Positions 48,706 to 59,197 of a stretch of 64,000 bases of DNA are shown in pieces. The stretch lies in contig OZ245056.1 in assembly GCA_965224705.1 (NCBI GenBank), positions 928,001 to 992,000 of the forward strand, written 5' to 3'. This stretch comes from Spirochaetaceae bacterium (GTDB lineage Bacteria; Spirochaetota; Spirochaetia; DSM-2461). Both the position numbers and the translations under genes were made by a program. Position 1 is the stretch's first letter. The number at the start of each line of letters is the position of its first letter. The notes beneath the pieces were generated by a model. That model was not told the DNA's origin, did no database searches, and saw only the letters and a list, made by a program, of their open reading frames with translations.

Positions 48706-48904
48706 AGTCAAAAAGTATGACGATCTTTTTCATACTTACTCTTTCGTGCGTTTACATCATTTTACTATATATTCGGGCAAAAAGTCATCCCAAGCACTTT
48801 TTTTCATCAACAAGTAGTCACAGAATATCGAGACACAAAAGCTGCGGGATATCCCTTACAAGAACCGTCGGGCCTGCATTTGTTCCATTTTTTGTCAAGC
48901 AATG

Positions 48905-49960
48905 TTATGCTGGATTCTCCCAGACGCTTTTTATGTGAACCGTATTGCCAGTTTCGACGGATAGTTTAAGTGCCTCAATTACTTCCATTACCTTCAATCC
49001 ATTCAATCCCGAGACTATGGGAGATGCTTCCCCTCTTATTACCGCAGCAAAATGCTCCAACTGTGCAATGAGTGGATCTTGAATTTTTTTCATAAATATT
49101 TCAGAGCTGATTGGTTTATACCAATGACGTTCGTCGGTATAGTGCCACAGACGGTTGTTGGGAAGCTCTATAGAGCCATCAGTTCCCCCAATCATACAAT
49201 AGAGCTGATCCGTTTTGGGATAACTGGGATTATCACCCGCGGTTAATTCCCAACTCCACGGAGAGGGAATGGTATCGGACATATTGATGGTGCAGAGTGC
49301 GGAATTTTTGAATTTCGCGATTATTACGGCGGTGTCTTCCACCTCAAAGCTCCTTGTGGCATTGCTGGCATACGCGTGGAGATAGTCAATATCGCCTATG
49401 AAGTATAGCAGCAGATCAATATCGTGCGATAGGTTTATGTTGATGGGACCCGCCCCAGATAGTCGCCGCCATTGATTTTCAAAGTAGCTTTCATCTTTAT
49501 GAAGCCAGAAATGAGTGTGTACCGACACGATCTTTCCTATGCGTCCATTTTCTATCTGTTCTTTTGTCGCTTGCACTACGTTGTTAAATCTTCTAAAGTA
49601 CCCTGTTAGTACTGGAACGTGATTTTTGTCTGCCAGAGCAATAAAATTCCGGGTCTCCTGGATGTTGGTTGCCAGGGGTTTTTCAACCAGCACGGGTATT
49701 CCCTTCCGTACACAGGGCATGGCATGTGTTATGTGAAGCTCGTTGGGTGTCGCAATAATTACTCCGTCCGGGCTTACAGTATCTATCATTTTTTCTATGT
49801 CGTTGAAAAAGGGAATGTCATACCTTTCTGCCGTTTGCTTGCCTTTTTCAGAAACATCTACCACTGCCGCTACATCAACGGAAATAGCCTTCATTGCACT
49901 TTCTATATGACGAACCCCAATAAGACCTGCCCCAACTACGGCAATTTTCGTTTCCTTCAT
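48905..49960 (-). CDS. Gfo/Idh/MocA family oxidoreductase
   Basis: VVGAGLIG, IATPNELH, VLVEKPL, HDID. Confidence 0.93.
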   Translation of the reverse strand: MKETKIAVVGAGLIGVRHIESAMKAISVDVAAVVDVSEKGKQTAERYDIPFFNDIEKMIDTVSPDGVIIATPNELHITHAMPCVRKGIPVLVEKPLATNIQETRNFIALADKNHVPVLTGYFRRFNNVVQATKEQIENGRIGKIVSVHTHFWLHKDESYFENQWRRLSGAGPININLSHDIDLLLYFIGDIDYLHAYASNATRSFEVEDTAVIIAKFKNSALCTINMSDTIPSPWSWELTAGDNPSYPKTDQLYCMIGGTDGSIELPNNRLWHYTDERHWYKPISSEIFMKKIQDPLIAQLEHFAAVIRGEASPIVSGLNGLKVMEVIEALKLSVETGNTVHIKSVWENPA

Positions 49961-50017
49961 TGTTTTCCTTTTTTAGAATCTGTGTGCATTGTCACGGCTT
50001 CATATCCATAAGTGAAT

Positions 50018-51793
50018 TCAATCCGTTGTAGAATGAGACACTTTCTCATCGGGTGAGTAAATATCCAGAATATTCCAATGCCCGGTTGTAGGTGTGGGGT
50101 TATTCTTCATAGGAACATCAATGACTGTGGATTTTTCGCTCGCCAGCGCATTGATCAACGCCGTCTTAAATTCACTTGCCTCTGTTATTCTTATTCCCTC
50201 AATACCGTAGGCTTTTGCGATATCAGCATAGTTTGTATCAGAACGCCTGTTTGTCTGTGCATGCTCAAACAGGGTACCGTACGTTATTCCATAGTGGGCC
50301 TTCTGCAAGCCGGCGATGGTCCCAAAGGCATTGTTGTTCATAACAATCCAGATCACCTGAATATCCAGTTCGCGCGCAGTAGATAATACCGCAGGATTTT
50401 GTCCGAACCCGCCATCTCCAACCATCGATACAACAAGCTTTGATGGAGCTGCCAACTTTGCACCAATTGCCGCCGGAGGACCAAAGCCCATGGTAGCGCA
50501 TCCTCCCGGCGTCAATATGCTGTTTGGGGTAAGGATGTCAAACTGCTGTCCTATCCCATTTTTGTTCCAGCCAACATCGGTAGTTATTATCGCGTCGTCC
50601 GGAAGAACCGCCCTTGTATCCGCGAGAATACGCTCCGGCATCATGGGAAAGCTGGCACTCTCCGTCTCTGCTTGTATACTTTGCTTAAACTCGCGCTTGA
50701 AGTTCTCTATTCTTTCTGCCGCCGCTTCATTTTTCAGTCCCGATGGATATCTCTCCTTGAATATCTTATTGATCAAGGTCAAAGATAGTTTCAAGTCTCC
50801 AATGGCACCGATATGCGCGGGATAGTTTCTCCCTATTTCACTTGCCTCTATATCTATGTGAATGAGTTTCGTGGAATAGGGAATATTGAAGGTGTATCCG
50901 TTTTCCCATGAACTACAATCCGCCTCCTTAAATCTAGTGCCTAAGGCAAATACATAATCCGCGTTGAGGCATGATTGATTCACTAAAGAGGTTCCCCAAA
51001 ATCCAGTCATCCCCATGGCAAAGGGATGAGTATCCGGAATACACCCTTTGCCCATCAAGCTGTAGGCGACGGGAGTATTTGTATGGTTCACAAATTCTTC
51101 CAACTCATGCGATGCCTTTGCCAAAAGGACGCCGCCGCCAGCATAAATGACAGGACACTTTGCCCGGGCAAGGGTCTCTACAATCTCTTCTGCTATTTCA
51201 TAGGATATGCACGGTTTTGATAGCTGTTTTGCTCCCGTCAAACGTTCAAAGAGCTGTGGGTTAATCTCTGTGGAGAAAACATTCATCGGAACATTGACGA
51301 GTACTGGACCCTGCTGTCCGCTCTCGGCTAACAGGAATGCCTTTTCTATGATTTCGGGAAACAGCTCCGCACTCTCTACACGCCATGCGCGTTTTACAAA
51401 TGGCTTGTATATCTCATACTGAGAGGCGTCGGCATGGAGGTTCACCTCTTGGTGAGCATGTTTTCCGTAGTAGTGGGTGGGGATATCCCCCGCGATTACC
51501 ACCATCGGAATACAGTCAAGAGCGGCATTCAGTACCCCTGTAGTGCCGTTTGAGAGCCCCGGAGTGAGATGAGACAGAAAAACGGCCGCCCTACTGCTTA
51601 CTCTTGCGTAGGCATCTGCCGCATGTGCCGCGATCTGTTCGTGCCGGACTGTTATGAATTCTATGGAAGAATCATGGAGTGCGGATAACACCGCGATGTT
51701 GGTGTGCCCGCATAAACCAAATACATGCCGCACCTTTCGCTCTTCAAGATACTTCACTAAAAGCTGTGCTACTGTGTTTTTTCTCTCTTGCAC
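50018..51793 (-). CDS. Thiamine diphosphate-dependent enzyme (ALS/IolD/cyclic dione hydrolase-like)
   Basis: FGLCGHTN, RHEQ.AAHAAD, GGCATMGFG, GDGGF...MNN ThDP motif. Confidence 0.92.
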   Translation of the reverse strand: MQERKNTVAQLLVKYLEERKVRHVFGLCGHTNIAVLSALHDSSIEFITVRHEQIAAHAADAYARVSSRAAVFLSHLTPGLSNGTTGVLNAALDCIPMVVIAGDIPTHYYGKHAHQEVNLHADASQYEIYKPFVKRAWRVESAELFPEIIEKAFLLAESGQQGPVLVNVPMNVFSTEINPQLFERLTGAKQLSKPCISYEIAEEIVETLARAKCPVIYAGGGVLLAKASHELEEFVNHTNTPVAYSLMGKGCIPDTHPFAMGMTGFWGTSLVNQSCLNADYVFALGTRFKEADCSSWENGYTFNIPYSTKLIHIDIEASEIGRNYPAHIGAIGDLKLSLTLINKIFKERYPSGLKNEAAAERIENFKREFKQSIQAETESASFPMMPERILADTRAVLPDDAIITTDVGWNKNGIGQQFDILTPNSILTPGGCATMGFGPPAAIGAKLAAPSKLVVSMVGDGGFGQNPAVLSTARELDIQVIWIVMNNNAFGTIAGLQKAHYGITYGTLFEHAQTNRRSDTNYADIAKAYGIEGIRITEASEFKTALINALASEKSTVIDVPMKNNPTPTTGHWNILDIYSPDEKVSHSTTD

Positions 51794-51927
51794 CTATTTC
51801 CCCTTTTTATTATCAGAGCGTCTCTAAAAAAAAATCCCACCGTGGATTTTTTAGAGACGAAAAACCCGGACTAAAGTAAGGCTTTTCGTCCCAAAATGCG
51901 GGTGCGTCCATGCACCCACGGGCAGCT

Positions 51928-53376
51928 CTAAACGTTTTTAGAGCTGCCTTCAATTTTTTTGTTGTAGAACTCACCAAACAGCTCTTTTTCATCAGGCCGA
52001 TCTTCTTCAATAGGGACGCTAACCCATGTGTACTGTAAATAGTGTTTCAGGCTTACATTTTCATTAGTGATGTTTCCACCCCATATTCCGCAACCCAGAG
52101 AGGAGGTCATCGGCATACCGTTGTTCCATGCCCCCGCATTTGCCTTTGATTGCGGCTGCCTTACCATCATACGACTTACAGGAGCGGCGTTCGCAAGGGC
52201 ATCTATATTCTTCTGATTGTGTGAATATATGCCGCATGAATGCCCCTTCCCCGCGGCATCGTAGATTTTTTGCACAATCTCAAGCGCTCCCGCAAAATTT
52301 TCAAAATGATAGAGCGCCATAAGCGTAGTGAGTTTTTCGGTAGAGAACTTGTGCTCTTTTCCGATTTTGCCCTGATTCTCCACCATCAGAAACTGAACGT
52401 CCCTCGGAATATTAAAACCCGCGTGCTCCGCGATTTGCTGAGGGGGGCAGGCTATGGTTTCAAATGTTCTGCTGCCCTCTTCATTCCACATCGCTTTTTG
52501 CACCAACTGCTTCTCTTCATCAGAGCAGAGATATCCCCCCTCATTTTTCAAGGCCGCAACCATATCATCATAGATAGATCTATCAATAACGATGTTTCCA
52601 TCTGCCGAACAACCAGAACCGAAATCGGAAGTTTTGCTTATTCTCGTGTTTCTTGCGGCAATGGCAATGTCCGCGGTATCGTCAATGACCATTGTGGAGT
52701 TTCCCGCTCCTACACCATACGCGGGTTTTCCAGAGCTGTAAGCGGATTGCACCATCGGTCTTCCGCCAGTTGCAAGTGTTAAATCACATTGCGCCATCAA
52801 TTCTTTCGTAATAGGAATAGACGGTTTCTCTATCACTTGGAAGAGATCTGCTGGCGCGCCAGCGGCAATACATGCGGAACGCAATACTTCCACCATTTGA
52901 GCAGTCGTTTTTTTCGTTCTCGGATGTGGAGAGAAAATGACTGCGTCTTTCGCCTTCGCGGCGTAGAGAGCGGTAACGGGAGGGGTTAACGCGGGATTGG
53001 TCATAGGAATCAAAGAGGCAATTACCCCTGCTGGTTTTGCGTACTTTGCAATGCCTTTCCGTACATCTTCTTCCACCTTGCCCACGCTCTTCTGTCTGAG
53101 CGCGTCTCTCAACACACCATGTATTTTGAACCGCTTGGCAGGACGTCCATTTCTATCCCCTATGCCGCTTTCATCCACACCTAATCGGGCCAGGCGGGTA
53201 AAGGTATCCTCATTTGCGGAATACCACGCAATGGCTTGGCATACCCTGTCCACCTGCGATTGATTCCAGTGGGCGATTTCTTCCATAGCCTTTTTTGCCC
53301 TGGCTATCTTTTCCTCCACCAGATCCTTCTGCTCGGGGCTAAGGATGTATTTTTTGCCGTTTTTTACTGTCTGCAC
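51928..53376 (-). CDS. CoA-acylating aldehyde dehydrogenase (SauS/AdhE-N-like)
   Basis: IPMTNP, FSPHP, LATGG.PMV..AYSSGKPAYGVGAGN, GSGCSAD, EKL, GHSCGI, SLGCG.WGGN. Confidence 0.92.
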   Translation of the reverse strand: MQTVKNGKKYILSPEQKDLVEEKIARAKKAMEEIAHWNQSQVDRVCQAIAWYSANEDTFTRLARLGVDESGIGDRNGRPAKRFKIHGVLRDALRQKSVGKVEEDVRKGIAKYAKPAGVIASLIPMTNPALTPPVTALYAAKAKDAVIFSPHPRTKKTTAQMVEVLRSACIAAGAPADLFQVIEKPSIPITKELMAQCDLTLATGGRPMVQSAYSSGKPAYGVGAGNSTMVIDDTADIAIAARNTRISKTSDFGSGCSADGNIVIDRSIYDDMVAALKNEGGYLCSDEEKQLVQKAMWNEEGSRTFETIACPPQQIAEHAGFNIPRDVQFLMVENQGKIGKEHKFSTEKLTTLMALYHFENFAGALEIVQKIYDAAGKGHSCGIYSHNQKNIDALANAAPVSRMMVRQPQSKANAGAWNNGMPMTSSLGCGIWGGNITNENVSLKHYLQYTWVSVPIEEDRPDEKELFGEFYNKKIEGSSKNV

Positions 53377-53406
53377 TTTTCCTCCTGAATTGTAAGTACT
53401 TCTGTG

Positions 53407-54270
53407 TTATATCAACCTATCTGGTACGCTGCGGTATTTTGATCTCACACGCCAACACTCTTCCAGTATGAGATAATTTTTTGTGTCTTGTAGAATGTAC
53501 TCGGCAAACCGTAGAGACCCCAAATGGCGATGCAGTCTTTTGTTTGGAATCTCAAGCGAAAATATTTCGCAACTGATATTGTCCAGGTAATTGAGTATCG
53601 CTATATCACCTCGGCCAGCAGGATATCTTGCCTCACGCGCGATATGCTTTTGCCCCTTGAAACTCTTTATCCCTTTGCCCTTCGCATCGCACAAGTGAAC
53701 AAAATGCAGATGCTTTTGATCTATTGCTTTCAATTCATTCGGATCGGTCCTGGTTCTATAGAGATGCAATAGATCCAGCAATATGCCGGAGTTCTCACAC
53801 TGCGCGTCTCTTACAAATTTATTTGTGGTCTGAACATCCGCCAGGGATGACCACGGAATCATTTCCACTACTACGGATATGTTATACTGTGAGGCGAATT
53901 CACATATCTGCCGAAACTTATCCAGGCTGACATTCAAATTTGTACTGTGAACTTGGGCAATAGCATACTTCGCACCTATTTGAGCCGCGGTATCGAGTAT
54001 TGGAAAAAATTCTGTACGTATATCAGTGTCGTCCTCTATCACAAGTAACTCTACATCAAGCACCTTCACACGGCTGTCGGCCAAAATTTTTTGACACTCG
54101 GTAATCGCATGTTTATCTCCCACAAGCCTGTACTTCTCTTCCTCTTGAGTAACCGAACGCAAACGAGGACTAACATATTCATAGCTGGCTTGATGAGCGA
54201 TCTTTATCAGGTTAAATATCGTTTCATCGATCAAACTTAAATGGGCTAAAGAAAATTTACTGGTGATCAT
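53407..54270 (-). CDS. Sugar phosphate isomerase/epimerase (xylose-isomerase-like TIM barrel)
   Basis: SLAHLS, DVEL, VEMIPW, LDLLH, HLCDA, R..AG.G, SLEIP. Confidence 0.85.
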   Translation of the reverse strand: MITSKFSLAHLSLIDETIFNLIKIAHQASYEYVSPRLRSVTQEEEKYRLVGDKHAITECQKILADSRVKVLDVELLVIEDDTDIRTEFFPILDTAAQIGAKYAIAQVHSTNLNVSLDKFRQICEFASQYNISVVVEMIPWSSLADVQTTNKFVRDAQCENSGILLDLLHLYRTRTDPNELKAIDQKHLHFVHLCDAKGKGIKSFKGQKHIAREARYPAGRGDIAILNYLDNISCEIFSLEIPNKRLHRHLGSLRFAEYILQDTKNYLILEECWRVRSKYRSVPDRLI

Positions 54271-55081
54271 CTTTTACTCCACTCTGCTTGTAATATGGTA
54301 TAAAGTCCCTTGGAATAGGTCCTTTGTTTTTCGTGCCGCTTTGCATCTCTTCCCACGCATGCGCGAGGATCCCCACCCCGCGAGCCAAACAAAAGAGTCC
54401 ACGGCAAAGCGGAGCGGGTATTCCCAATTCACAGAAAATAATGGCAGCAGCACCATCTACATTCATGGGAATGGGCATTGATTTGCCTTGACTGATTTGC
54501 CGCTGTACTTCCAAAGCAATATCCTTGAACACACCGCTAATGTGTCCGTCACGCACGCAGCTCTCAACTATCTCAACCGTCTTCAGCGCGCGCGGATCTG
54601 AATTTTTGTGAAATCGATGACCATAACCCGGAATTGTCTTTCCATGCTTCGCTCTCTGTGCCGCAAGGCCATCCGCGACACTTCTTTGCATGGGTGTTCC
54701 TGTGTTCATTTCGCGCGCTATCGCGTAGAAAAGCTCTGCACACCCTTGCCCTGCTCCCCCATGGTTGTCTCCCAATACGTTGATGGCACTTGCAAGCACA
54801 TTGTTAATGCTTATTCCACAAGTAGATGACATTCTGGCAATGGCTATGGATGGAGCCTGCGGACCGTGATCTACAGACATTACCATTGCTACATCAAAGA
54901 GCTTTGCCTCTTCGGGAGTAAGATTTTTTCCCAGGATCACAAGCAGCATCATTTGGGAAAATGATTTTGCCTCCATCAAATCCTCAATGGGCGAACCGCG
55001 GAAACTGATACTCCCGGGTTTCATGTCTATGATTGAATTCTCCCACCACTTTTCTACCTTAAGACGATCTTCACTCTTCAT
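54257..55081 (-). CDS. Citryl-CoA lyase-like protein
   Basis: VDHGPQAPS, LGDNHGGAG, IPGYGHRFH..DPR, NVDGA; small citrate-synthase-like fold. Confidence 0.9.
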   Translation of the reverse strand: MKSEDRLKVEKWWENSIIDMKPGSISFRGSPIEDLMEAKSFSQMMLLVILGKNLTPEEAKLFDVAMVMSVDHGPQAPSIAIARMSSTCGISINNVLASAINVLGDNHGGAGQGCAELFYAIAREMNTGTPMQRSVADGLAAQRAKHGKTIPGYGHRFHKNSDPRALKTVEIVESCVRDGHISGVFKDIALEVQRQISQGKSMPIPMNVDGAAAIIFCELGIPAPLCRGLFCLARGVGILAHAWEEMQSGTKNKGPIPRDFIPYYKQSGVKDDHQ

Positions 55082-55259
55082 CCTGCTTCTCTCGAAGTGT
55101 ATGTAAAACTAAAATTTATTATATGTCAAGGGCAATATCATAAATTATTAAAAATATATGATATTTTAGATCTCTATACGGAAGTGTGGATAATTTCAGA
55201 TTGTCACCTATGTATTACGAAAAAAAGAGAACCGTTCTTCTACGAGCACAAACTCCCTA

Positions 55260-55907
55260 TTATTCGGTGAACAACTGAGAAGCCTTGTAGATATGTTCTT
55301 TGAGAACCTTTGATGCGCCGGAAGCATTACGCTCCAGGCAGTACTGCAGAAGTGCTTTGTGCTCCTCTGCCGCGACAACTCCCCGAAATCCCAAAGCGTT
55401 TATTTGATAGCGCAAATACTTCGTATAGATGATTTCGTGAAGAGACATAAGCTCTGTAGAGTTAGAGGCAGACACGATTGCCTTGTGAAACTCAAAGTCA
55501 GCGATACACAAATCGTAGGAATTGTAGTCCCTATTATTCATAAACTTCTCTTCATATTTGTGCAATCGATAGTGAGCCGCTATTATTTGGCTCTCCCAGT
55601 TAAGATCGCCCTCTTTGAGAGATAGTTTCATCATGTCCGCCTCAAGCAAATACCGTAGATAGATAAGTTCATCCAAATGCTTTTTTGTGAGAGGTGCCAC
55701 ACAAAATCCTTTTTGCTCTTCCGCGACAATGAATCCGTCGTTGGTCAATCTGTTAAGCACTTCACGAATTGTGGATATGCTGACGTTGTAACCATTTTTT
55801 AATTCGGTTAGCTTCAGCTTTTGCCCCGCCTTCAATGTGCCGTGAATTACATCGTGCAAGATGGTATGGTAGGCGATAGTGCCGACAGATCTGCTTTCTT
55901 TGCTCAT
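55260..55907 (-). CDS. GntR (FCD) family transcriptional regulator
   Basis: wHTH (VSISTIREVLNRL..DGFI), QKGF.V, FHKAI, EEH. Confidence 0.93.
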   Translation of the reverse strand: MSKESRSVGTIAYHTILHDVIHGTLKAGQKLKLTELKNGYNVSISTIREVLNRLTNDGFIVAEEQKGFCVAPLTKKHLDELIYLRYLLEADMMKLSLKEGDLNWESQIIAAHYRLHKYEEKFMNNRDYNSYDLCIADFEFHKAIVSASNSTELMSLHEIIYTKYLRYQINALGFRGVVAAEEHKALLQYCLERNASGASKVLKEHIYKASQLFTE

Positions 55908-56187
55908 TTATCAACCCTGCTTCTTCTCCCGAAGTCCCTTCATGGATTGCAATGCTATCATATAATCTCGAAAAAATGCAATGAAATACATGGAATGATA
56001 TTTCAAATCGTGTATGGAATTATATTTTTCTCCCATCCCTCACTCTTGGAAACCCAACAGAGAAAAACATTTATATCGGTTAAAAGTATTTTTTTATGAT
56101 ATTTTCCAAAAAATATTATATTTTCGCTATTGACAAAAAAAATATATGTTGTAGAGTGATAAAAGCAAAAATATTTGGAGGTCACAA

Positions 56188-57192
56188 ATGAAGAAATTTG
56201 TAATTGCTTTGCTGTTAACATCTGTTTCTGCCGCACTGTTCGCGGGCGGAGGCGGTGAAAAAGAGGCTGGAGCTTCTGCTGAGGAGGAGGTTGTCATCCG
56301 ATTGGCAACTTCGGCTTCAGGGACTGAAGTGCGCTCACTGGCGGTTAAGGAATATGTGGGGGGAGCCGTCAATGAATTCGGAAAGTTTGAAACGTATTGG
56401 AATTCCACCCTCTTCAAGCAAGGAACAGAGCTCGACGCGTTGGCTCGCGGAAACCTGGAAATGGTGCTTACTTCCGCACAGGAGATTGCACAGTTTATTC
56501 CTGAATTCTCTATCTTTGCAACTGGCTATGTGCATAGAGACGCCCAGCATCAAATTGCCGTATTCAATGCCGACTACATGGATGAGTTCAAGAAAATGAC
56601 TGAGGAAAAACTGAAACTAAAGCTCCTGAGTGTTGTCTATCTCGGCAGACGGAACTTAAACTTGAGGGGAGACAAGGTAATCAACACTCCCGCCGACTTA
56701 AAGGATGTAAAGCTGCGTATGCCCGGTTCAAACGCGTGGCAATTCCTCGGAAAGGCGCTGGGAGCCAATCCTACACCCATTGCCTTCGCAGAGGTTTATA
56801 CGGCACTCCAAAGCGGAGCCGTGGATGGACAGGATAATCCAATTCCGACTACAATCGATAAGAAGTTTTATGAAGTAACTAACCAGGTTATCTTGACAGG
56901 ACATTTAGTGGACTTGAACTATTTGGGTATTTCTGTTGATCTCTGGAATAAACTTACGCCCGAACAACGGCAGAAACTTCAAGACGCCGCGGACATGGTC
57001 ACCGACTCCGTATGGAGAAAACAGTCCGAGTTGGAAAAAGAGCAGGTCACATTCTTAGAGGAGCAGGGCTTAAAGGTCTATTCCCCAGATGTGGACGCAT
57101 TTCGCACACATGTGCAGCAGGAGTATTTGAATTCAGAATTCTCTCAGCAATGGCCTGAAGGATTACTGGAAAAAATCAACAACACAAAGTAG
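56188..57192 (+). CDS. dctP: TRAP transporter substrate-binding protein
   Basis: Signal peptide, KLRMP, LGANPTP, EVYTALQSGAVDGQDNP, FYEV. Confidence 0.93.
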   Translation: MKKFVIALLLTSVSAALFAGGGGEKEAGASAEEEVVIRLATSASGTEVRSLAVKEYVGGAVNEFGKFETYWNSTLFKQGTELDALARGNLEMVLTSAQEIAQFIPEFSIFATGYVHRDAQHQIAVFNADYMDEFKKMTEEKLKLKLLSVVYLGRRNLNLRGDKVINTPADLKDVKLRMPGSNAWQFLGKALGANPTPIAFAEVYTALQSGAVDGQDNPIPTTIDKKFYEVTNQVILTGHLVDLNYLGISVDLWNKLTPEQRQKLQDAADMVTDSVWRKQSELEKEQVTFLEEQGLKVYSPDVDAFRTHVQQEYLNSEFSQQWPEGLLEKINNTK

Positions 57193-57232
57193 TTCAGCCT
57201 ATGTAGGCTGAGGCCGCTTTTTAGGATTCAAA

Positions 57233-57784
57233 ATGCAGCGGAAAATAGCAAAAGGGTTCCACACCACCATAAAAGTTACAAAATTGATTGCGAACTACAT
57301 CGGCGCAGCAATGCTGCTTGTTATTTTCCTTGCGTTTTGTATCAACGTCATTTTGCGATACACCTTAGGCATATCTTTTGGATGGATTGTTGAATTTTCT
57401 CTTATTCTATGGCTCTGGGTAGTTTTTCTTGGAGCGGGTATATTTTTAGAAAACGATGACCACGTTTCTCTTGTCTATATGTACAGGGCGTTTCACAAGA
57501 AAATACGCCTCTCGCTGAAGGCATTCGCCTGCTCAGTTATTTTCTTCGGCGGTTTTTTTATGATCGCGCCAGTGTGGGATTATGTGGATTTCCTAAAAAT
57601 CAGATACAGCGATGTCATCGGCATCCCGATGAACAATATTTTTTCTGTTTATAAGATATTCCTGATCTCCCTCATTCTAAGATATGGGTATTTGGTTCTT
57701 GGATATGTGCGTGAGTTGTTTTATGTGGAAGACACGGAAGATCATACTCGTTCCGAACCTCCCGCAGGACAAGGGTACGAGTAG
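57233..57784 (+). CDS. dctQ: TRAP transporter small permease
   Basis: Four TMs, V.LRY, W..E, W.VFLGA, HVS. Confidence 0.9.
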   Translation: MQRKIAKGFHTTIKVTKLIANYIGAAMLLVIFLAFCINVILRYTLGISFGWIVEFSLILWLWVVFLGAGIFLENDDHVSLVYMYRAFHKKIRLSLKAFACSVIFFGGFFMIAPVWDYVDFLKIRYSDVIGIPMNNIFSVYKIFLISLILRYGYLVLGYVRELFYVEDTEDHTRSEPPAGQGYE

Positions 57785-57809
57785 GCACGGAGATTGAGTT
57801 AATACCACC

Positions 57810-59105
57810 ATGGGCACAGAACTTATTGTTTTCATAATATTGCTGCTTCTGCTCGTATTGCTGGAGTTGCCCATCTCTATTTCAATAATTTTCGCGACTA
57901 TCGGCTTTCTGCTTGTATCGGGACAGGATTTGGCGATTGTTGCGGAACAGCTTCTCAATTCCCTCTTCACCAATTATCTATTGCTCGCGGTCCCGCTGTT
58001 CATCTTGTCAGCCAATCTTATGAATGCCTCAAGAGTAACAGATAAGTTATTGGATTTCTGCCTTGCGCTAGTTGGGCGCTTCAAGGGCGGCCTTGGACAC
58101 GTTAATATTGTCCTTTCCCTCATCTTCTCCGGTATGTCTGGTTCGGCCGTTGCGGATGTTGCCGGCGTCGGGAAAATCATTGTCCCGATGATGACCAAGG
58201 AAAATAAGTACAGTAGAGGATATGCCGCCGCAATAACTGCTGCCTCTTCGACAATAGGTCCAATTGTTCCCCCTTCAATTCCCATGGTGCTTTATGCGCT
58301 TGTTTCTAACGCGTCAATAGGGTATCTCTTTTTGGGAGGCATTCTTCCCGGCATCATTATGGCGATTGTGTTGATGATGATTAATGCCTCTATCGCCCGA
58401 AAAAAGAATTTCGCAGTAGAGAAAGTGGCTCCCTTAAGAGAGCTGCCGAAGAAAACCGCTGTCGCATTTCCTTCCCTTATGCTTCCCGTAATTCTGTTGT
58501 ACGGGATATACGGTGGAGTAATGACCGCGACAGAAGCCGCAGCCATTGCGGCGCTGTACGCGCTTTTAATTGATATAGTGATATACCGCGGATTGACTTT
58601 TAAGAAATTTGTGAAGGCGATGTCAGATACAGCAAGAGCCTCCGCTGCGGCGGGCTTCATTGTGGGGAGCTCACTGATAATGAACTACGTGGTCGTAAGT
58701 CAGAACATTCCCGGCATGCTTTTCGGCATGTTTGAAAGTATTCATATACATCCGTTCCTGTTTATGCTTATGATCAACGTACTGGTACTCGCCTTGGGGT
58801 GCCTGTTGGATGCCTCGGTCATTATACTGGTCATAATCCCCCTCTTCCTTCCAACCGTCGAGAATTTAGGAATCGATATAGTCTATTTTGGAGTGGTTAT
58901 CGTCATTAATTGTATGATTGGACTCATCACACCACCGTACGGAGTTATCATTTTGGTAATAAACTCTATTATGAAGATACCCCTTGGTGAGATAGTAAAA
59001 GAAATATGGCCGTTCTTATTATCACTGATTGGTTTTTTGATTCTTCTAATACTGTTCCCAGATATAGTACTTTTCATCCCCAGACTATTAGGATATCAGG
59101 GATAG
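57810..59105 (+). CDS. dctM: TRAP transporter large permease
   Basis: LAVPLF, GGLGHVNI, SGSAVAD, PPSIP, TATEAA, GLITPPYG. Confidence 0.95.
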   Translation: MGTELIVFIILLLLLVLLELPISISIIFATIGFLLVSGQDLAIVAEQLLNSLFTNYLLLAVPLFILSANLMNASRVTDKLLDFCLALVGRFKGGLGHVNIVLSLIFSGMSGSAVADVAGVGKIIVPMMTKENKYSRGYAAAITAASSTIGPIVPPSIPMVLYALVSNASIGYLFLGGILPGIIMAIVLMMINASIARKKNFAVEKVAPLRELPKKTAVAFPSLMLPVILLYGIYGGVMTATEAAAIAALYALLIDIVIYRGLTFKKFVKAMSDTARASAAAGFIVGSSLIMNYVVVSQNIPGMLFGMFESIHIHPFLFMLMINVLVLALGCLLDASVIILVIIPLFLPTVENLGIDIVYFGVVIVINCMIGLITPPYGVIILVINSIMKIPLGEIVKEIWPFLLSLIGFLILLILFPDIVLFIPRLLGYQG

Positions 59106-59197
59106 CGCTTCTCTTTATCGAGTCTTGGAAAGGGCCAAAAAATATTTCAAAGACAAATGTCAACAACTCGAAAATGAGTTGGACTGGTAAATGTATA

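Noticed and set aside
51928..53376. Sulfoacetate/taurine pathway based on the SauS-like dehydrogenase
   Set aside because: No SauT, Xsc-Pta pair or sulfite exporter nearby; the neighbours fit a carbon-skeleton cleavage route better.
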